Source of the DNA: a phage
Reading direction: 5' to 3' (one strand)
NCBI GenBank assembly: GCA_023732985.1
Contig: GCA_023732985.1_3946.1
DNA length: 64,000 nucleotides
Within the stretch, counting starts at the first letter, position 1. Every line of letters begins with the position of its first letter. Positions 42,894 through 51,770 of this stretch are shown here, in pieces. The notes under the pieces were generated by a model. That model had not been told where the DNA came from. It ran no database searches and saw nothing but the letters and a program-made list of their open reading frames with translations. Position numbers and translations under genes: made by a program.

Positions 42894-45260
42894 ATGCGCA
42901 TGGTAAATGACCACGCAGAAGTGATTAAGAGTTCAACTTCTTTAGAGACGTCTCAAGCACAGATTACAATGACACCTGAGATGTTCAGCCTTTTGAGTTC
43001 TGGTGTATATACCTTTAAAGAAAGGGCAGTGATTCGTGAACTGTCATGTAACGCAGTAGATGCTCAGAAAGAAGCTGGAAAAGAGAACATCCCGTTCCAT
43101 GTGCATTTACCTACTCGTTTTGAGCCTTACTTTGAAGTTCGTGATTTTGGAACTGGATTGACTCATGATAAAGTTATGAGTTTGTACCTAAACTACGGGG
43201 CTTCTACGAAGAATGACTCTAATGACTACATTGGTGCAATGGGTATCGGCTCAAAATCACCATTTGCAATTGCTCAGTCATTCACAGTGTCTAGCTATGT
43301 TGATGGTGTTGTTAATAAGTACTCTGTTTATCTTGAGAATGGTATCCCTCAAGTAACTAAGCTGACCACTAACCCAACAAAAGAACCTAATGGTTTAGCT
43401 GTACGTGTGGCAGTTGCTGACCACCGTATCTCAAAGTTCTTTGAAGAAGCTGGAAATGTGTACTCATACTTCACTGTAAAACCAGAAAGTAATATTGAGT
43501 ACGACGATGTATTAGCAGACATGAACGTCATTGCCCGTGAAGAAGGTGTTTACGATGCCATGATTCATAAGCAAAGCTGGCGTTCTAGTGGTAACAGGAC
43601 AGAGTTTAATGTGGTGATGGGTAATATTGCCTATCCAGTGAACATGGAAGCATTACTTGGTGATGATTTCTTCAAAGTCTTGCCAGAGTTTTTCCGTAGG
43701 AGCGTAGACCTTGTAAACATCTACATGCCTATTGGTTCAGTTGCTATAGCAGCTTCTCGTGAAGCATTGCAGATGAATGATACGACAAAAAATGTTATCA
43801 TTGAGGCTACCAAAAAGATAACTGAAGCAATTACAAAGGATGTTATCAAGAAAGTTAATAGCCAACCTACACTCATGGATGCTGCACAGGCTTATGCAGA
43901 GCTACGTTTGAACTCACGAGAGATGTTTAATGCTGTGTGTCCAAAGCTAGAGTGGGGAGGCATTAAGCTTGATTCTCTGGAAGAAGAATTGTTAAACATT
44001 CGTCGTGGAATTATCTACGCAGAAGACGGCTCAGTCATTTATGAACGTGACGGTAAAGGCAATATTAAGGTTGATAGGAACGGGAACAATATCCCTAAAG
44101 TAGATTATCTTTATGACCCAGTTGCTTATGTCAAGTTCAACTCTTTAGAGAGTAAGATTCGTGCAACAGCACTTTCCTACACTCAAGAGGCAAGCATGTT
44201 CAATATCTTTGGTGCAATGCGTAAAAGCCAAATTGAACAGTTTTTGTTCGTGATTAATGACCGTCGCAATAAAAATGGTACTGAGAAGACTGTAGGACGC
44301 AATCAAATTTTGCGTGGTGCATGTCGAGACTACGCCAGTGAGTCAAATCTGTTTCACAGATACAATGGTATTGTCTTTGTATTCTCGACTGAAAAAGAGT
44401 TAGATGATTTAATCAATCTACACAAACTTGATAAAAGCTTGTTAAAGATTGTGAAGATGTCTGATAAGGAACATCACTATCAGCGTAAAGAAGCTGTAAG
44501 AGGTGTTGTAAAACTCTGGAAAGCTGTTCCAGCAGAAGGTGTAGCTTCCTATAAAGAGGTTTCAGAGGACTTAGATACGATTGAAGAGCCTCAGCTTTAT
44601 ATTAAGGCAGTAGGCGACACAGTTGATGGCGAATGTTTTTGCTCATCTCCAGAAGATGTAGCTAAGTCAGTTGCCAATGTCATTGGAAAGAAAGTATATG
44701 TTTTCCGAAAAGCAAATTGGAAAAAGATACCAGAAGACTGGATTGAAGTAGATGAGAAGCTCTTGAACGACAGCTTAACTGATGTTCATTGGATTAACCA
44801 TAACAGGTATATGACACGCATCTACATGGATGGTGTCCTCGACCTTACAAGCAGTTGGATTATTGCCAGAAACTTTACGTTCAATAACAGGAAGATTTCT
44901 CGCGGGTATTGTTATTCAAGGGATACTATTAAGACAATCTTCTTAGAAGGGAATGAAGATGCTGTTGAGGCAATGTTCGGTAAGATTCAGTATGTGGCTG
45001 CACCGTTTGCATACACTTACACTATCAGTGTTCTTCAGGATTTGAAGTCATGCCTTGATAATGACACAAAACTGTACAAAAAGATTAAAAAAGCAGGTGA
45101 CCGCATGGTCATTAAGCTGACAAACTATCTTTCAAAAAGAAAACAAGAAAACTTCTTGCTTTCACACTTAGATTGGAATAAAGTGTCACCCATCGAAGTG
45201 AGTAAGTTCTTAGGCTTTGATGTGAAGTGTGTTCCAGAAGGGACTACAATTTACGATTAA
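42894..45260 (+). CDS. rIIA: rIIA-like protein (GHKL-ATPase-like N-terminus)
   Basis: N-terminal ELSCNAVDA and DFGTGL resemble GHKL ATPase N and G1 boxes as in T4 rIIA; large size; followed by rIIB-sized gene. Confidence 0.65.
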   Translation: MRMVNDHAEVIKSSTSLETSQAQITMTPEMFSLLSSGVYTFKERAVIRELSCNAVDAQKEAGKENIPFHVHLPTRFEPYFEVRDFGTGLTHDKVMSLYLNYGASTKNDSNDYIGAMGIGSKSPFAIAQSFTVSSYVDGVVNKYSVYLENGIPQVTKLTTNPTKEPNGLAVRVAVADHRISKFFEEAGNVYSYFTVKPESNIEYDDVLADMNVIAREEGVYDAMIHKQSWRSSGNRTEFNVVMGNIAYPVNMEALLGDDFFKVLPEFFRRSVDLVNIYMPIGSVAIAASREALQMNDTTKNVIIEATKKITEAITKDVIKKVNSQPTLMDAAQAYAELRLNSREMFNAVCPKLEWGGIKLDSLEEELLNIRRGIIYAEDGSVIYERDGKGNIKVDRNGNNIPKVDYLYDPVAYVKFNSLESKIRATALSYTQEASMFNIFGAMRKSQIEQFLFVINDRRNKNGTEKTVGRNQILRGACRDYASESNLFHRYNGIVFVFSTEKELDDLINLHKLDKSLLKIVKMSDKEHHYQRKEAVRGVVKLWKAVPAEGVASYKEVSEDLDTIEEPQLYIKAVGDTVDGECFCSSPEDVAKSVANVIGKKVYVFRKANWKKIPEDWIEVDEKLLNDSLTDVHWINHNRYMTRIYMDGVLDLTSSWIIARNFTFNNRKISRGYCYSRDTIKTIFLEGNEDAVEAMFGKIQYVAAPFAYTYTISVLQDLKSCLDNDTKLYKKIKKAGDRMVIKLTNYLSKRKQENFLLSHLDWNKVSPIEVSKFLGFDVKCVPEGTTIYD

Positions 45261-45266
45261 AGTGTT

Positions 45267-45296
45267 TGACAAGGGGCTTCAAAGCCCCTTAGAATA
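45267..45296 (+). promoter_or_regulatory. sigma70-like promoter with hairpin in spacer (TTGACA-18-TAGAAT)
   Basis: -35 TTGACA 45267-45272, spacer contains GGGGCTTCAAAGCCCC, -10 TAGAAT 45291-45296. Confidence 0.5.
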
Positions 45297-45339
45297 GCCT
45301 TACAAAATGATTTATTAACTAACAAGAGAGAGTAATAAG

Positions 45340-46449
45340 ATGACTACTAAAACTAAAGCACAGATTGACGCAGAAATTTACAAACTGGTTAAAGAAGGTA
45401 AGCTGACTAAAACAGCTATTGCACAGAAATTTAATACTTCAACCCGTTCAGTTGGTCGTGCTGTAGAGCGTCATGAAGCAACCTTAAAAGGGAATAAGAA
45501 GGCGACTTCTACACCAGCTACGAAAACTTTGAAGCAAGTTGCTAAGACCTTTAAGAAGAAAGCTGGCAAACCAGTTGAAAAGGCTGTTAAAGAGTCTGTA
45601 CAGAAAGTTCCGGTAAATAAACTGCACGAAGCTATGCAGAAAGATGACAAGATTGAGTACATGATTACTGGTGATTCTGTAATTATGACTTATGGTTCAG
45701 AATCTGAAATTGTTGAGTCTACTCATCCGAACTATCAAGAGATTGTAGTTCATGTTGTGAAAGGTGAGTTCAAGAAAGCATTTGAACTGATGAACATTCG
45801 TAAGTCTATCGAAAACTTCACTCAGGGTGCTATCACAATCAAAGGCGACAAGCTATTCTACGGTGCTGTTGAGATGCGTTCTACTCTGGTTGACCGTATT
45901 CTTCACATGATGAAAACTGGCGATAAAGGTTTTGAACGACTTGTAATGTTCTTCGAAAAACTGATGGAAAACCCATCTAAAGATTCTGTAGAACAACTTT
46001 GGGGATTTGTATCTCACCTTGATGTTGAAATTGATGAAGAAGGCTACATCATTGGTTGGAAGAAAGTCTCTACTCGTGAAGGCAAGCTGGTTGACTCTCA
46101 CACCTACAAAGTGCCTAATGATTTGGGTAACATTGTAGAAATGCCACGTTGGATGGTTGATAATAACCGTAACGTAACTTGCTCTCAAGGTCTTCATGTT
46201 GGTGCTTGGGATTATGTTCGTTGCTTCTCAGGTGATACAATCCTGAAGGTTCGCGTACATCCACGAGATGTTGTATCTGTTCCAACTGATTACAATGATA
46301 TGAAGATGCGTTCCTCTCGTTATGAAGTTGCAGCAATCGTTGATAATCAACGTAAAGTGCTGGAAGCATGGGACGGTAAGACTGAAGCTTTGCATGTCAT
46401 CGTTGGCACTGCTGGTGAACTCATCTCTCAACGTAAACGTGAAATCTAA
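45340..46449 (+). CDS. putative rIIB-like protein
   Basis: Position after rIIA-like gene; no diagnostic motif. Confidence 0.35.
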   Translation: MTTKTKAQIDAEIYKLVKEGKLTKTAIAQKFNTSTRSVGRAVERHEATLKGNKKATSTPATKTLKQVAKTFKKKAGKPVEKAVKESVQKVPVNKLHEAMQKDDKIEYMITGDSVIMTYGSESEIVESTHPNYQEIVVHVVKGEFKKAFELMNIRKSIENFTQGAITIKGDKLFYGAVEMRSTLVDRILHMMKTGDKGFERLVMFFEKLMENPSKDSVEQLWGFVSHLDVEIDEEGYIIGWKKVSTREGKLVDSHTYKVPNDLGNIVEMPRWMVDNNRNVTCSQGLHVGAWDYVRCFSGDTILKVRVHPRDVVSVPTDYNDMKMRSSRYEVAAIVDNQRKVLEAWDGKTEALHVIVGTAGELISQRKREI

Positions 46450-46464
46450 TAAGTAATTTCTTAA

Positions 46465-46489
46465 AAGGCTGCTTCGGCGGCCTTTTTTA
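46465..46489 (+). terminator. intrinsic terminator
   Basis: GGCTGC-TTCG-GCGGCC followed by TTTTTT. Confidence 0.55.
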
Positions 46490-46490
46490 T

Positions 46491-46520
46491 TTGTATTTTG
46501 TGCAGAGTGCTGTATAATTG
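46491..46520 (+). promoter_or_regulatory. promoter-like motif TTTGTGCAG-N3-GCTGTATAAT
   Basis: TATAAT hexamer at 46515-46520 preceded by conserved TTTGTGCAG; near-identical copy at 50990-51010. Confidence 0.45.
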
Positions 46521-46549
46521 ATGTCACGATAAACTAAACAGGAGAACCA

Positions 46550-47098
46550 ATGAAGAAATTGATTCTAGGTTTGTGCTTAATGTTTACAGCACACTTATCT
46601 TATGCAGTTGACTGCCCAGAGCTATCAATTAGCCAAAAAGTAAACATGTTAAAAGCTTACCAGTATGGTGAGAATAACATGGGTAAAGGTTGGGGTATCA
46701 CTCTAGCAGCTATAGCCTTACAAGAGTCAGAGTTAGGTCTGAAGGTAGAAAATAAAAAGACCCATGACTACGGTATCTTCCAGAATCACTTGAAGACTGT
46801 TGTAAAGCGTAACAAAATTAGTCCTAATGTTGCTAAAAAGAAACTCTTAAAAGATTTTGACTATGCCGCAAAAGAAACACATAAAGAGCTTGAGTTTTGG
46901 ACGAAGGTGCATGGTCACCCAAAGTCGAAGAAGACTTTACAAAAAGTTTTAGCATCATATAATGCTGGGTATTCGTACAGAATCCCTAAAGCTAAGAAAT
47001 ATTCTCAAGATGTCTATAACAACATGAAAGTTATTGCTCAATGTGAATTTGCAACAAACATTTCTAAGGTAAACCATGAAAAAATTAAAAAAGTCTGA
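46550..47098 (+). CDS. putative secreted lytic transglycosylase-like protein
   Basis: Signal peptide MKKLILGLCLMFTAHLSYA; AIALQESELG ... YGIFQ resembles SLT-domain ES...GLMQ motifs. Confidence 0.4.
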   Translation: MKKLILGLCLMFTAHLSYAVDCPELSISQKVNMLKAYQYGENNMGKGWGITLAAIALQESELGLKVENKKTHDYGIFQNHLKTVVKRNKISPNVAKKKLLKDFDYAAKETHKELEFWTKVHGHPKSKKTLQKVLASYNAGYSYRIPKAKKYSQDVYNNMKVIAQCEFATNISKVNHEKIKKV

Positions 47099-47771
47099 TG
47101 AAGTCCTGTGCCACGCTTATGACTTACATCCTCATGAGTTAGGTCTTGATTCCTGTGTATGGACTCCAGAACAGTGTAGGGATTTTGAAGACACTGCAAG
47201 AGAAGTTGTATGTTCACTGGAAGAGTTCCACACATCAGAACCAATTGTGAACGTTGTGGACAAAGAGACTGGACAAACTATAGGTGTAAGGCGCGATAGT
47301 TTAGTCATAGTCAATAAAGACCTTGTAGAAAAAGGTAACCTCATCTTAGCAGATATTGATGGTGTTCTTACAAATTTTAATCACGAAGATTGCTCAACGG
47401 AATTGACTGATGGGTCATTCTCACAGTACACTAATCTTCTTGATTCTGTAAGAGCAAAGCCAACATATGTTTTCAACATTATTGATGCAATTGCAAATCA
47501 TGCAGCAGTTGGACTCTTGACAGCAAGAGGTGAATCTCAGAGAATACCTACTGAGATGTTTTTAAGGCACAATATAGAGCATGATTACTTGCTTTTTATG
47601 CGTGGTTTTGGAACTAACTCTATAAGTGCAGAAAGTTTGAAAGTAAGGATGATTCAGTCTTGCATTCTTCCTTATTTTAATATAGTATGCTTTATAGAAG
47701 ATACAGAGAAGAATGTTCAGAAGGTAAACAGAATCCTTCCACACATTAAAACCATGTTAGTTAAACATTGA
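47076..47771 (+). CDS. putative HAD-family hydrolase
   Basis: LILADIDGVLTNF resembles HAD motif I (DxDG[TV]); weak. Confidence 0.3.
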   Translation: MKKLKKSDEVLCHAYDLHPHELGLDSCVWTPEQCRDFEDTAREVVCSLEEFHTSEPIVNVVDKETGQTIGVRRDSLVIVNKDLVEKGNLILADIDGVLTNFNHEDCSTELTDGSFSQYTNLLDSVRAKPTYVFNIIDAIANHAAVGLLTARGESQRIPTEMFLRHNIEHDYLLFMRGFGTNSISAESLKVRMIQSCILPYFNIVCFIEDTEKNVQKVNRILPHIKTMLVKH

Positions 47772-48247
47772 GAGAAAAACTTATGAACAATATCATTACG
47801 GTAGCACTGGACGATACGGCAAACAAATCTGAAGTAGTTCGTAAAATGATTCAAGGTAACTTTGAAGGTAAAATTTTCCGTGCTGTTAATGTAAAAGCTG
47901 ATGGCAGTATTCGTGAATATCGTGCATTGTTGAATGTTAAGAAGCACGTAAAAGGTGCTGGTTCAACGACTGCACACAAAGAAAACCTGATGACTATCTA
48001 TGATATGGGTAAGGCTTCAGAGTTAGGTGCTGAAGGTATCGTTAAAGAAGGTGCTCCATATCGCTCTTTCAATCTGGAAACTACCCTTATGCTTTCCTTT
48101 ACGAGTGGTTCTAAAACAATCACTTATCTCTTTACTGATGCTGCAACGGTATCTGCTATTAAGGATAGCACTGTCAAAGCTGGCGTAGTTGCTGCTGCAA
48201 AAGCTTCTTCGATGGCTGCAAATATCCTTGCTAAAGTCCTCGGTTAA
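47768..48247 (+). CDS. hypothetical protein
   Basis: 159 aa ORF. Confidence 0.35.
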   Translation: MREKLMNNIITVALDDTANKSEVVRKMIQGNFEGKIFRAVNVKADGSIREYRALLNVKKHVKGAGSTTAHKENLMTIYDMGKASELGAEGIVKEGAPYRSFNLETTLMLSFTSGSKTITYLFTDAATVSAIKDSTVKAGVVAAAKASSMAANILAKVLG

Positions 48248-48258
48248 GGTTAAGATAC

Positions 48259-48281
48259 AGGCTCCTTCGGGAGCCTTTTTC
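48259..48281 (+). terminator. intrinsic terminator
   Basis: AGGCTCC-TTCG-GGAGCCT followed by TTTTT. Confidence 0.6.
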
Positions 48282-48299
48282 ATTTCAGGAGATTGTTAA

Positions 48300-48647
48300 A
48301 TGACATTTAAAGAGTTCTGTCAAGCTACTTTCATAATTGTTTTCTTAGTTGGGGCAGGTGTCTGGGGAGGATACTCTTACAGAGACTACCAAGTTGCTGA
48401 AACTGAGCTAAACAACCAGAAGCTAATAAGTGTTGCTAAAGATGCTTATCAGGAAGGATTAGCTACACTGAGCACCAATTACAAAAATGATTTGAAAGAC
48501 GTGCTTGCTAAGAATAAGCACACAAAAGAGGTACTGACATATGAAAAGACTAAGCCAGAGTTTTATAATGTTTGTGTTACTGATAACTATGTCAGGGTGT
48601 TCAACGAACAAAGTGAGCAATACATTCAAAAACTCCCAAGTAAGTGA
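48300..48647 (+). CDS. candidate i-spanin (Rz-like)
   Basis: N-terminal transmembrane segment ATFIIVFLVGAGVWGG followed by charged coiled-coil-like region; overlapped in another frame by a lipoprotein ORF. Confidence 0.4.
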   Translation: MTFKEFCQATFIIVFLVGAGVWGGYSYRDYQVAETELNNQKLISVAKDAYQEGLATLSTNYKNDLKDVLAKNKHTKEVLTYEKTKPEFYNVCVTDNYVRVFNEQSEQYIQKLPSK

Positions 48648-48807
48648 AAGTGATAAGTACACTCAGGAAGATGTAAGATATGCTGTCAAAGGTAACACTG
48701 GTGCAGACTTATCAGAAGCCCTTGAGTTTTATCGTGACGGGTACTATCAGTGTACTATGAAAGCTAACAACTTGATTGATATGATTTTATTAGGGAATAA
48801 GCAGTAA
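48541..48807 (+). CDS. candidate o-spanin (Rz1-like lipoprotein)
   Basis: Signal peptide with lipobox ITMSGC; ORF starts inside the 3' part of 48300..48647 in a different frame. Confidence 0.4.
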   Translation: MKRLSQSFIMFVLLITMSGCSTNKVSNTFKNSQVSESDKYTQEDVRYAVKGNTGADLSEALEFYRDGYYQCTMKANNLIDMILLGNKQ

Positions 48808-49079
48808 TGACACAAAGTAATGATGAAACTTTCTACACAGAAGGTTACTTACTTCTACCGAGACCGAAAGATACTTACATGAGGATTGATTTCTTACCTA
48901 CGATTATGGATAATGTAATGTGTCACATCTTTATGCAAGGTATCACAGCACAGCTTAAGCATGTTGGTAAAGAGTGCAAAATAAAGGTTGACACTCATCC
49001 AGAAATCAAAGAGAATCACTACACATGGTTCCTACCAGACTCTAAAGAAATCTTAGCAGTTCTTAAAACGAGGAAATGA
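48807..49079 (+). CDS. hypothetical protein
   Basis: 90 aa ORF. Confidence 0.3.
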   Translation: MTQSNDETFYTEGYLLLPRPKDTYMRIDFLPTIMDNVMCHIFMQGITAQLKHVGKECKIKVDTHPEIKENHYTWFLPDSKEILAVLKTRK

Positions 49080-49390
49080 TTATGCAATTCCAGCCAACAA
49101 ATCGTGGATTTTCTTATGCAGAATTTAAAGATGCTAAAGGGGAAATTTGTACTTTACAAGAGAGTTCATCATACGAACCATGTATCTGGTTAGGTGCTAA
49201 AGAGGTCTCTGTTCAGTACCTAGATAATGGCTGGAAAACACTTGATATCCCAGCATTAGTTGGTAAAGATTTTGTAGGTAATCAAAGGATGAAGCTCAAT
49301 CAAGAACAGGTAAAAGAGTTGTTGCCGTACCTTCAATACTTTGCTGAAAATGGTGAATTACCAACAGAGGAACTTACAAATGCAGATTAA
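49076..49390 (+). CDS. hypothetical protein
   Basis: 104 aa ORF. Confidence 0.3.
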   Translation: MIMQFQPTNRGFSYAEFKDAKGEICTLQESSSYEPCIWLGAKEVSVQYLDNGWKTLDIPALVGKDFVGNQRMKLNQEQVKELLPYLQYFAENGELPTEELTNAD

Positions 49391-49703
49391 TGGAAGAGAC
49401 TTTGTAGCCGTTTACTACGAGAAAGGTAAAGAAGTTGGCGTAGCGCAAGTATCTTATGGCAATGGTGGGTGGCTATATGGAACAATCGCAGTAGTTGGAA
49501 CGAGAAGTGATACAAAAACTTTTAAAGATTGTGTTGACCTTCTTGAAGAATCCATTCAGAATCATTGGTGTCTGATATGGATGACTGACAACGAAGTGAT
49601 AGAACGCTTCAAAAAGATTGATATCAACATTGATAGTATTGAGCATGTTGATTTATATGAGCTAACTGAGAAGGTAAATTATGAAGGCTCTAGAGGTAAT
49701 TGA
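49341..49703 (+). CDS. hypothetical protein
   Basis: 120 aa ORF. Confidence 0.3.
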   Translation: MLKMVNYQQRNLQMQINGRDFVAVYYEKGKEVGVAQVSYGNGGWLYGTIAVVGTRSDTKTFKDCVDLLEESIQNHWCLIWMTDNEVIERFKKIDINIDSIEHVDLYELTEKVNYEGSRGN

Positions 49704-49908
49704 TAAAGACACTGGAGAAGTTACATCAGCATGTGTTTTCGTTAGTAACGACACAGTGATACCGTTTTACAATCTCGATAGTTTTAGTTTTACAGGGATA
49801 ACTCCAGAAGAATACTTTGAAGACCTTACCTTTGCCAGAATTTCTATAGATACATTCTATAAATGCTTCTGTGATGAAGGTAAAGAATTACGAGAAACTG
49901 AACTATAA
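49681..49908 (+). CDS. hypothetical protein
   Basis: 75 aa ORF. Confidence 0.3.
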   Translation: MKALEVIDKDTGEVTSACVFVSNDTVIPFYNLDSFSFTGITPEEYFEDLTFARISIDTFYKCFCDEGKELRETEL

Positions 49909-49920
49909 GGTGTATATTGT

Positions 49921-50121
49921 ATGGCTGACTTCTGCAAAGACTGTTCTATAGAAATGTTTGGACGTGATACAGGTGACTTAAAAGGTCTTATCACTGAAGA
50001 TGACTTTAAAGCTGGCTATGCAATGCCAGTAATCTGTGAAGGTTGTGGATGTATCTGGGTAGACCACGAAGGACAACGTGTAAAACCTTCAGAAGACAAA
50101 GAATCTTGGGAGAGATGTTAA
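49921..50121 (+). CDS. hypothetical zinc-finger protein
   Basis: CKDCS ... CEGCGC cysteine pairs. Confidence 0.35.
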   Translation: MADFCKDCSIEMFGRDTGDLKGLITEDDFKAGYAMPVICEGCGCIWVDHEGQRVKPSEDKESWERC

Positions 50122-50901
50122 ATGGGTATTGTAAAAGTTGTGAAAGGTAACTTACTAGCTGCCTTCAAAAACACAGACATTGAGTTAATTGCTCATGGTT
50201 GCAACTGCCGTAACCTCATGGGTGCTGGAATCGCTCAAAAAATTGCTAAGATTTTCCCAAAAGCTGAAGAAGCTGACCGGAAATTCCATAAAAAGTTTGG
50301 CTACAGCGCTCATGATATCGGATACCAGATGGTTGGTGAGGTGTCACATGCTCGAACGGAGTATGGTTACATTTTTAACCTATATACACAGTTGGATGTT
50401 GGGAAGTGTGCATCATACCGATACTTAGTGGAGTCACTAGAAAAACTCCGTAAATTTTGCTGGATGCACAACATTCGTAAGATTGGTTTACCCATGATTG
50501 GTGCAGGTATCGGTGGCTTAGACGCACAAGCTGTGAAAAGCCTCATTAATAGCGTTATGTACAACGTTGATGTGTACCTATACGTCTATGATGAAGCAAT
50601 GGCAACTGTAGTTACCCCTAAGTATGCCACCTCAGCACCACAATTCTATGATGGTGTCGTGCTAAGTGACGGTAAATCTAACCATGTTACCCTCTATCAG
50701 CTTGTTGATGGTAAGGTCGAGGCTAGTTACCCTCTGGTTAGTGAGATGGGTATGTGTAATAGTGAAATGTTCTCAATTGACCCATTTGGTAGATACGAAG
50801 GGGTGTTCTTTGATAACTACCCAGCAGCATACATCTACACAACAAATCAGGATGAAGTTCACTACTTGCTGTATTCTAAAAAGTTCAAATTCATAAACTG
50901 A
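50122..50901 (+). CDS. macro-domain (ADP-ribose binding / hydrolase-like) protein
   Basis: IAHGCNCRNLMGAGIAQKIAKIFP and IGLPMIGAGIGGLD resemble the two glycine-rich macro-domain signature segments; ~100 aa C-terminal extension. Confidence 0.55.
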   Translation: MGIVKVVKGNLLAAFKNTDIELIAHGCNCRNLMGAGIAQKIAKIFPKAEEADRKFHKKFGYSAHDIGYQMVGEVSHARTEYGYIFNLYTQLDVGKCASYRYLVESLEKLRKFCWMHNIRKIGLPMIGAGIGGLDAQAVKSLINSVMYNVDVYLYVYDEAMATVVTPKYATSAPQFYDGVVLSDGKSNHVTLYQLVDGKVEASYPLVSEMGMCNSEMFSIDPFGRYEGVFFDNYPAAYIYTTNQDEVHYLLYSKKFKFIN

Positions 50902-50980
50902 TTAGTGCTTCACAGCACCTATAATTAATCTAAAAAGGCCGCCTAACCCATTGAAAAATTTAAGGTAAGGTGGTCTTTTT

Positions 50981-51123
50981 CATTTTCAATTTGTGCAGGT
51001 AGCTGTATAGGTCTGCACAGGTGTCTCAAAAAATCTCATCGCCGGATAGAAAAATCATTTTCAAAACGTGCAGACCCCGCTCAGGTCGGGCAAGAAAAAT
51101 CATTTTAGAATCGTGCAGGTAGG
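50981..51123 (+). repeat. three tandem copies of (AAAAAT)CATTTT-N2-AA-N2-GTGCAG motif
   Basis: Copies at 50981-51000 (with GCTGTATAGG, matching 46497-46520), 51051-51077 and 51095-51123. Confidence 0.5.
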
Positions 51124-51145
51124 TTTTTATAGAGAGTCAGACCAA

Positions 51146-51176
51146 CCCCTCTCCCCCTCTTACTCCCCCTCTCCCC
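51146..51176. other. polypyrimidine tract CCCCTCTCCCCCTCTTACTCCCCCTCTCCCC (G-quadruplex motif on minus strand)
   Basis: Four C-runs of 4-5 separated by 3-7 nt in a ~39% GC genome. Confidence 0.5.
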
Positions 51177-51297
51177 AAAAGTCAAGAGAAAAATTTGTAG
51201 TGGATTGAAAAATAATTCTTGATTTGTGTTTTGTTTTGTGGTAGTCGTGCGCGCCCGTTCATTTCCCAACCTTACAAAAAATATTTAATAAAAACCG

Positions 51298-51326
51298 TTG
51301 ACACGCCAAACAAGTTTACGTACTAT
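51298..51326 (+). promoter_or_regulatory. sigma70-like promoter (TTGACA-17-TACTAT) at head of cassette array
   Basis: -35 TTGACA 51298-51303, 17 bp spacer, -10 TACTAT 51321-51326, AT-rich upstream tract. Confidence 0.5.
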
Positions 51327-51375
51327 TTGCATCAGACGGGCAAGCTAGCCACTTCCTAAACTGGAGAATCTAAAA

Positions 51376-51567
51376 ATGGCATCAAGAAAAATCAAAGTCG
51401 GTGATGAGGTTAACGTTAAGTATGAGCACTCTCATAAAATGTTAACTATTCGCTCTTACAAGGTTTATCAGGTGGAAGCTATCCACGAAGACGGTACATT
51501 TTCCCTAAAAGGACATAGCGAACGTTTCCCTGCTGAATTGTTCGAAAAATGGAGTACTAAAAAATGA
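51376..51567 (+). CDS. hypothetical small protein, cassette array ORF 1
   Basis: ORF preceded by conserved CCTAAACTGGAGAATCTAAAAATG initiation region. Confidence 0.45.
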   Translation: MASRKIKVGDEVNVKYEHSHKMLTIRSYKVYQVEAIHEDGTFSLKGHSERFPAELFEKWSTKK

Positions 51568-51770
51568 TTTACAGCCGTGAATTGATGGTTACAACTAACG
51601 TTAACACAAAGGTAAAACGTTTTTACATGCAAATCTGTGGCGTATGGTCCAGAATATCAGAAGCCGACTATTGCAACTATGTAGAAACGGCAATCAACTC
51701 GAATTGCTACCTTACAAGAAACACTAAGAATTTTACAAGGCAGACAGCGATTTACTACTACGATAAATAA
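51564..51770 (+). CDS. hypothetical small protein, cassette array ORF 2
   Basis: 68 aa ORF translationally coupled to ORF 1. Confidence 0.35.
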   Translation: MIYSRELMVTTNVNTKVKRFYMQICGVWSRISEADYCNYVETAINSNCYLTRNTKNFTRQTAIYYYDK

